Assembly (NCBI GenBank): GCA_965243025.1
Contig: CBDETY010000003.1
Location: 384,001-448,000, forward strand
DNA: 64,000 bases
Direction: 5' to 3'
Source: Candidatus Latescibacterota bacterium
Lineage (GTDB): Bacteria; Latescibacterota; UBA2968; UBA8231
The position numbers and the translations under genes were made by a program. Every line of letters begins with the position of its first letter. Within the stretch, counting starts at the first letter, position 1. Of this stretch, positions 58,051 to 64,000 are shown piece by piece. The notes beneath the pieces were generated by a model. That model had not been told where the DNA came from and did no database searches. It saw only the letters and a program-made list of their open reading frames with translations.

Positions 58051-59130
58051 TCACCGCGAAAGCCTTCTCACCATCTCGTCGTCCAGCTCCACCCCGAGAC
58101 CCGGCCCGTCGGGCACCGCGATGCATCCGTCGACAACCTCCAGCGGTTCCTTGAGGATCGGCCAGTCGTCCCGTATCCGGATCGGTTCGATGTTGTACTC
58201 CTGCGAGTAGGGAACCATCTGGCTCGCCGCGCAGAAATGCAGGTGGGCCACCGTGCTGAGTATCGGCTGGGTGTTGTGAACGGTGATCGGTATGCCGAAC
58301 GCCGACGCCAGCGCCTCGATCTTCACGAATTCCGTGAACCCGGGGACCTTGACGATGTCCGGCTGGATGATGTCCACCCCGCCCCTGGTGATCAGGTCGC
58401 GGTACTGGTGGTGGGTGTAGATCATCTCCCCGGAGGCAATCGGGATCGTCAGCGCGTCGGCGATCCGCGCCAGCCCCTCGAGGTCGTGCGCCGGCCTCGG
58501 CTCCTCGAAGTGGAAGACCCCGAGGTCCTCCAGCGCCGCGCCGATATACATGGACTGGTGCACGGAGTACGCCCCGTTCACGTCCACGAGGATGTCGATG
58601 TCGTCCCCGACGGCCGCCCGCACCTCGGTCACCGTCTCGATGGTCTCGTCGGCAGGGTCGTCGATCTCCCCGGGAACGGCGCTGTGCAGCTTGTACCCGC
58701 TGTACCCCTGCTCCGCCAGAGAGGCGGCCCGCCGGCCCTCCTCCAGGGGAGTCAGGTCCCGCCGCATCGAGCTCGCGTAGACCTTCACCTCGTCCCGGAG
58801 CTTGCCGCCGAGCAGCTTGTGGATCGGAACCCCCAGCGCCTTCCCCTTGATGTCCCACAGGGCGATGTCCAGTCCGGCGATGGCGCAGAACACCGCTCCC
58901 CCCATATCCTCGGCGGAACCGGCCTCCATCATGTCGCGGAACCGCAGGCCCGTGTCGAGGGGATCCTTCCCGGCGATGGCGGGCGCGAGGTGCTCCTCGA
59001 TGATAGCCTTGGTCACCCCCGGCTGCCGCCGGAAGCACTCGCCGATTCCCGTTATCCCCTCATCCGTATGCACCTTCACGAACGGGAAGTCCCCGTCCAG
59101 AATCAGGCATTCCACCGAAACAATCTTCAC
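58051..59130 (-). CDS. Mandelate racemase/muconate lactonizing enzyme family protein
   Basis: GLDIALWDIKGK, YKLH, LVDVNG, FEEP, ASGE, QPD, VHN, PDGPGLGV. Confidence 0.92.
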   Translation of the reverse strand: MKIVSVECLILDGDFPFVKVHTDEGITGIGECFRRQPGVTKAIIEEHLAPAIAGKDPLDTGLRFRDMMEAGSAEDMGGAVFCAIAGLDIALWDIKGKALGVPIHKLLGGKLRDEVKVYASSMRRDLTPLEEGRRAASLAEQGYSGYKLHSAVPGEIDDPADETIETVTEVRAAVGDDIDILVDVNGAYSVHQSMYIGAALEDLGVFHFEEPRPAHDLEGLARIADALTIPIASGEMIYTHHQYRDLITRGGVDIIQPDIVKVPGFTEFVKIEALASAFGIPITVHNTQPILSTVAHLHFCAASQMVPYSQEYNIEPIRIRDDWPILKEPLEVVDGCIAVPDGPGLGVELDDEMVRRLSR

Positions 59131-59265
59131 AAGCTGAAACCTCCAGGCTGCCGGTTCGTCCGCGCCGGAATGTTCAACAGATTCTACCAGGACACAATAC
59201 CCAACCTCTCAGATCTCCATTTCGCGTTGTTTGCAATTAAGTGCGCAATACCGCGTTTATCCGGG

Positions 59266-59300
59266 TTTGGCAGCCTTTGCCAAAGGACTTGAAAAAAGTC
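59266..59300. promoter_or_regulatory. Two adjacent inverted repeats in a divergent AT-rich intergenic region
   Basis: tttggca-N5-tgccaaa (59266-59284) and gactt-N5-aagtc (59286-59300). Confidence 0.4.
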
Positions 59301-59580
59301 AATACACCCGCTTGAGCGAAATTGCCTCTCCTCCCGTCCACGACGCCCCGTGGAAATTTGCTCCGGAAAATCCCAATGCCTTTTCAGCCGTCCTTCGTGG
59401 ACCCACCTTATCCGGCACCGTTTCGGCAACTTCATGGGAAACCATCTGCAGGATGCCAACCAGGGAGACAGAAGCCGACATCGCGCTCAGGGCAAGCCAG
59501 CGCGACCCCCGTTGCCGCTGCGGGGGGGCGGCTTCCCCTGAACTGACCTGGGACATTGAAGCCGGCAGGGGGCGTACCTG

Positions 59581-61908
59581 ATGCCCTCGGCGCACCCCGC
59601 CGTTCCCCACGACCGGCGCATGCTGATCGTCAGCGTCCACGACGTCGCGCCCCCGTTCGCACCCGGCGTGCGGCAGCTGCTCGACGAGCTGGACCGCCGC
59701 TCCATCCGGCCGCGGGTGCTGAAGGTCGTGCCCAACTACGCGGGAAAGTGGCCGCTGTCAGAGGATGCCGAGCTGTGCAACCTCCTGCGGTCGGAGGCGG
59801 CCGCAGGCAGCGAGATCGTCGCCCACGGCTGGACCCACCAGACCCAGGGCCGGATGCGCGGACCGCTGAGCGCCCGTTGCATGGGCTCCTGGTTCGCCCC
59901 GGAGGCGGCCGAGTTTCTCACCCTGCCTGAAGCCGCCGCCCGCGAAGCGGCCCGCAACGCCCGCCGCGCCCTCGCCGACACTCTGGGTGTGGAGCCGCAG
60001 GGGTTCTGCGCCCCGGCCTGGCTGATCAACAGGGAGGGCCGGGCGGCCGTTACCGCCGCGGGGTACCGCTACCTGCTCGAGCGGGGTGCCGTCCGCGACC
60101 TGCAAACCGGGGAGGCTGTCCCCACTCCCTGGCAGGGTCATATGGGAGTCGGGGGTTTCCACGAATGGCTGGTGCAGCGGGGGAACGGGGCCGTGGCGAT
60201 GCGGGCGGGGATCACCCACGGCGGCCTGTCCCGCCGCCCGGTGGTCAAGGTCTTCCTCCATCCCCAGCGCCTGCGGGACAGCCCGGCCCTGGAGCGGGTG
60301 CTCGACCGCCTCGGCGAGCTTTCCGCCAGGCGGGAACTGGTGACCGCGGGCGAGCTGTTCTCGACCGCCACCGGCCGGCCGGCCTCTCTTCTCCCGACGC
60401 GGCGGGACCCGCTGCCCCTGGTCTCGGTGGTCGTCCCGGCGCTGAACGAGCAGGCCGGCATCGCGCGCGCCATCGAGTCGGTAGCCGGGCAGCAGTACCC
60501 GCCGGACCGGCTCGAATGCGTCGTGGTGGACAACGACTCCCGCGACGCCACGGCCGAGGTCGTGTCCGATCTGGGGCGCAGCTGGGAGTCGGAGGCAGGC
60601 ACAACCCCTCGCCTGAGCCTTGTCCGGGAAACGGAACGGGGCGCCGCCAGGGCCAAGAACCGGGGAGCGTCGGAGGCCCAAGGCGATGTCCTGGTGTTTC
60701 TCGACGCGGATTCGACGCTGAGCCCGACGGTGGCGCGGGATGTCGCCGATGCCTGGAGCAGCGGCGCCCGCGGGGGCAGCATACCGGTCCTGGCCGAGTC
60801 CGACGACATCTGGGAGCGTGGTTTCTTCAACGCCATGGAGTTGGGCAAGCAGGTCTTCGGGATCCACTGCCAGATGTTCTACCTGGACCGCCGGCTGTTC
60901 GACGAGCTCGGGGGCTTCAGGCACGAGCTGCTTCTGGCGGAGGACCTGGAGCTGATGCGCAGGGCGGCGGCATCGCTGGGAACCGGCAACGGCCGCCTGC
61001 AGCGCATAGGGCGGTCCGGCTTCCGGGGCCGCAGCCTCGACGGATCCTGCATCCGCACCTCGCCGAGGCGGATGCGGGCGATGCCGTGGCGTTTCGGAAT
61101 GATCTGGATGTTGGTGCGCTGGACCCTCGGCTTTGTCGGGATCGGGAGGCGTCGGTACACAGCCGGGGGGCCGGCTCCGAATGCCCGGCCGCGGGCTGTC
61201 CGGTGGGCCCGCAGACTGGCCGAGGGAGGCCTGCGGCTGGTGCTATCCAGCGCCGGATCGCACCGGCCGGGGAAGCCCGCGGGCCTGCTCCGGTTCCTGT
61301 GGTTCTGGGATCGCCTCTATATCCGCTGGCACCGGTTGCGCCCCGTCAGCCCGGACGGGCTCGTGTTCTTCCGCCTGGAGACCTACAGGGGTTCACAGGT
61401 CACCCTGCCGGACGGCACCCGGATTGCCAGGGGCGACCCGGTCTGCCGGCTGCACCTCCGCAACGACCTCGTTGCCCGGTCGGCCGATACCGGGGTTTCC
61501 AGCCGGACCTGGCGGGGGATCGGCGGCGTTCGCGCCGACCTGACGGCCCTGGCAACCCGGGCGGAGGCCGGGACCCTCGCGCACAAGGGGGATCCGGTAA
61601 GGGCGCTTGCCGGCGCGACGGTTCATTTCAAGGGCGCCCCGAGGTTGGGCTTCTCCGTAGTCGTACAGCCGCAGACCTGGCGGCTGGAGTTTCAGCGGGC
61701 GTACATGATGGGCCTCATGGCCCTTTTCGGTCCGCGAGGGACGCTGCGCCGGCGCCGCGAGGACGGCCGGGTCCCGGGCGGGAGCGGGCAGGCGGAAAGC
61801 GGCCGGGGCGGCCCCGACCTGGAGGTCGGAGAGTTGTGGATGAGCCGGTCGGAGCTGCTGGCGCGGTACCTGCCCGGACGGGATGCCCCCCCTCCACGCC
61901 CCGGCTGA
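59581..61908 (+). CDS. Fusion protein: DUF2334 polysaccharide deacetylase-like + GT2 glycosyltransferase + YkoP-like domain
   Basis: VSVHDVAP..EIVAHGWTH..GFCAPAW; VSVVVPALNE..VVDNDSRD..FLDADS..EDL; LHLRND...LAGAT...RLGF...ELWMSR. The start may be 59620. Confidence 0.8.
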   Translation: MPSAHPAVPHDRRMLIVSVHDVAPPFAPGVRQLLDELDRRSIRPRVLKVVPNYAGKWPLSEDAELCNLLRSEAAAGSEIVAHGWTHQTQGRMRGPLSARCMGSWFAPEAAEFLTLPEAAAREAARNARRALADTLGVEPQGFCAPAWLINREGRAAVTAAGYRYLLERGAVRDLQTGEAVPTPWQGHMGVGGFHEWLVQRGNGAVAMRAGITHGGLSRRPVVKVFLHPQRLRDSPALERVLDRLGELSARRELVTAGELFSTATGRPASLLPTRRDPLPLVSVVVPALNEQAGIARAIESVAGQQYPPDRLECVVVDNDSRDATAEVVSDLGRSWESEAGTTPRLSLVRETERGAARAKNRGASEAQGDVLVFLDADSTLSPTVARDVADAWSSGARGGSIPVLAESDDIWERGFFNAMELGKQVFGIHCQMFYLDRRLFDELGGFRHELLLAEDLELMRRAAASLGTGNGRLQRIGRSGFRGRSLDGSCIRTSPRRMRAMPWRFGMIWMLVRWTLGFVGIGRRRYTAGGPAPNARPRAVRWARRLAEGGLRLVLSSAGSHRPGKPAGLLRFLWFWDRLYIRWHRLRPVSPDGLVFFRLETYRGSQVTLPDGTRIARGDPVCRLHLRNDLVARSADTGVSSRTWRGIGGVRADLTALATRAEAGTLAHKGDPVRALAGATVHFKGAPRLGFSVVVQPQTWRLEFQRAYMMGLMALFGPRGTLRRRREDGRVPGGSGQAESGRGGPDLEVGELWMSRSELLARYLPGRDAPPPRPG

Positions 61909-61928
61909 ACCGGGTTCGCCCAGGGCCG

Positions 61929-62717
61929 TCAGCCCACCTCCTCCCGGAGACCGGACCGGTCCAGAACCTCCTCCAGCGCCGCGGCCAGGACTTCCGCGCA
62001 CCGCGCCAGGCCGGCCTCGCCGGCGACCAGGTCCTGGCGGATCTCGACCATGGCGTTGGGGAGCCCGGCCGAGTCGGCGTGGCAGCGGTTGGAGAAGGCG
62101 TACTGTTCGCGGCCGGAATACGGCTCGTTGTCGCCGACCCTCACTCCCTCCTGCCCCCGCAGCGCCTCGATCAGGGGCCGCGCCAGGCGGTCGTCCCGGT
62201 CCCAGAGCACGCCGAAGTGCCAGGGGCGTTCGCGGCCGTTGAGGCTCGGGGTGAAGGTGTGGACGGCCACGTAGGCCGGGGTCTCGCCCCGCGAGCGGAT
62301 GCGGTCGAGGACCCCGGCAATGGCCTCGTGGTAGGGGTGGAACAGGGCGACGGCGCGCCGGTCCGCCTCCTTCCGGGCAAGGCCCCGGTTCCCGGGGACC
62401 GGAGTGCCGTCGCTCTCTGACAGGATCGATTCCGGGTGGCCGGGCCTGCGGTTGCAGTCGATGACCAGCCGCGAGTACGCCGACAGCACCGCCGGGGCGT
62501 CGAACCTCCGCGAGAGCCGGCGGGTCACCTCGGCGCCCCCCGGGTCCCAGCCGATGTGGCGCCGCAGGTCGGACGGGTCGAGCCCCAGGCCGTTCAGGGC
62601 CGCGGGCACGGCGTGGGAGGCGTGGTCGCAGGTGAACAGCAGCGCCGCCCGGCCCGACGGATTGACGATCTCGCAGGGGGGCGGCTCGCCGCCGGCAAGC
62701 AGCGGCGGTTCCCGCAT
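61929..62717 (-). CDS. N-formylglutamate amidohydrolase family protein
   Basis: TCDHAS, HIGWDPG, YSRLVIDCNR, PYH, VHTFTP, GDNEPYSG, EIRQDL; ATG 62717 after GGAGGA. Confidence 0.92.
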   Translation of the reverse strand: MREPPLLAGGEPPPCEIVNPSGRAALLFTCDHASHAVPAALNGLGLDPSDLRRHIGWDPGGAEVTRRLSRRFDAPAVLSAYSRLVIDCNRRPGHPESILSESDGTPVPGNRGLARKEADRRAVALFHPYHEAIAGVLDRIRSRGETPAYVAVHTFTPSLNGRERPWHFGVLWDRDDRLARPLIEALRGQEGVRVGDNEPYSGREQYAFSNRCHADSAGLPNAMVEIRQDLVAGEAGLARCAEVLAAALEEVLDRSGLREEVG

Positions 62718-62731
62718 CCGTCCTCCTCCCA

Positions 62732-63862
62732 TCAGACAGGGTCCTGCCGTACCGGGCCGAGGTTGCGCCACCAGCGCAGCTCGTTGCTGCCGCGCTCGGC
62801 GCACGCCACCACGTCCAGGCGTCCGTCGCCGTCGATGTCGGCGGCGATCACCTCGCTGGCCTTGCTCCAGGGGGCCTTGAGCACCTGCATGTCCCACCGG
62901 CCCCGCGGGTCGCCCCGGTGCTTGAACAGCGCCAGCCGGCCCTGCGGTCCCCAGGCCGTGGCGAGCACTTCGAGCTGCCCGTCGCCGTCCAGGTCTGCGG
63001 CGACGGCATGGGTAGCGAGGGGGAACTCGTCGGCGATGACGTGTTTCCGCCACGCGTCGCCCTCCGTGTTTTCGTACCAGGCGATCTGGGCTCCCGGGGT
63101 CTCCAGGGAGTCTTTGCGCGAGTCGTTCCCCCGGGCGGCGACGAGCACGTCGACGCCGCCGTCCCCGTCCATGTCGACGATGTCCCCGTGGTTGGGCCTG
63201 ACCGTCGTGTCGTCGATGACGTGACGGGGCCACGGGCCGCTCGAAGGGTTCCCGGTGTTCTCGTACCAGGCCAGCAGGTTCACCCCCCCGGCGGTGCCCA
63301 CGAGATCGAGGCGGCCGTTGCCGTTGACGTCGGCCGCCCGCACCATGCGCGTCTCGGCGACGTTCGAGTCGATGATCGTCTCGCGCCACTCGCCGCCGCG
63401 GCGGTCGAACCAGGAGAACCGGTTCCCCTTGATCCAGCTGGAAGCGGCGACCTCGAGCTCGCCGTCGCCGTCGAAGTCGGCCGCCTCGACGTCGTAAGCC
63501 CCCGGCAGCCCTCCCTCGCATATGTAGTGGTGGGACCAGGAGTCCGCCCGGCGGGGGTCGCCGTCGAATTCGAACCAGAGGACGCTGCCGCCGATGTTGT
63601 CGATGTTGACGATCTCCGGCCTGCCGTCGCCGTTGATGTCGGCGACCGCGTGGCGTTCCAGCCACTCCCCCGGCCGGGTGTGAACGACGTGCCTGGTGAA
63701 GTTGCCGGCGCCGTCGTTCTCGTACCAGTACAGCCCCACGCCCGTGTCGGTGCTGACGAGGTCCGGGGAGCCGCTCCCGGTCAGATCGACGGCGGAGACC
63801 CCGATGGTGTACTCGTAGCCGTCGGCAATGAGCCTCTCGTCGAATTTGACGAATTCGTTCAC
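62732..63862 (-). CDS. FG-GAP/VCBS repeat beta-propeller protein (no signal peptide)
   Basis: Seven D-x-[DN]-G-[DN]-G-type repeats with WYEN motifs; GTG 63862 after GGAGAG. Confidence 0.85.
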   Translation of the reverse strand: MNEFVKFDERLIADGYEYTIGVSAVDLTGSGSPDLVSTDTGVGLYWYENDGAGNFTRHVVHTRPGEWLERHAVADINGDGRPEIVNIDNIGGSVLWFEFDGDPRRADSWSHHYICEGGLPGAYDVEAADFDGDGELEVAASSWIKGNRFSWFDRRGGEWRETIIDSNVAETRMVRAADVNGNGRLDLVGTAGGVNLLAWYENTGNPSSGPWPRHVIDDTTVRPNHGDIVDMDGDGGVDVLVAARGNDSRKDSLETPGAQIAWYENTEGDAWRKHVIADEFPLATHAVAADLDGDGQLEVLATAWGPQGRLALFKHRGDPRGRWDMQVLKAPWSKASEVIAADIDGDGRLDVVACAERGSNELRWWRNLGPVRQDPV

Positions 63863-64000
63863 AGGTCTCTCCACCGGGCGGGGGAATGGACAGTCAGTCC
63901 GGCACTTGCGCTGCGGCAGCGGCCGGCCCTCCCCCGGATGCCCCCGGCAGGATGGTTCGGAAATCCGGGACAAGGGTTTGCATGAAGCAGGTTATGCTCG

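Overview
High-GC bacterial chromosomal segment. It carries about 45 intact CDSs and several gene remnants. I found no rRNA, tRNA, CRISPR array, integrase or transposase. Gene content suggests a Latescibacterota/Poribacteria/Gemmatimonadota-like organism (inference): multiple PhyH dioxygenases and mandelate-racemase-family enzymes, DUF4838/GHL10/heparinase-like hydrolases, a DUF6785-like transporter, and secreted proteins ending in a xWGRxK motif. The centrepiece (about 10.9-28.4 kb) is a co-directional envelope locus. It encodes a WGRxK-tailed secreted protein, three paralogous large proteins ending in a PNPFTPNGDGIND (T9SS type-B-like/FlgD-Ig) domain, a 906-aa putative outer-membrane protein, a PPIase-TPR lipoprotein, a small lipoprotein, a GT-C/PMT-TPR protein and a heme-c FG-GAP protein. 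It is followed by a vitamin-K-dependent carboxylase-like gene and a membrane/spermidine-synthase-like fusion. The 42.7-52.8 kb part holds an eroding MacAB-type ABC export operon and its sigma-54 two-component regulator. Toxin-antitoxin genes are interspersed, and one ~1 kb cassette sits inside the regulator/kinase overlap between exact 12-bp direct repeats. Many long ORFs in the supplied track are high-GC shadow frames, and several starts were re-assigned by RBS and signal-peptide reading.
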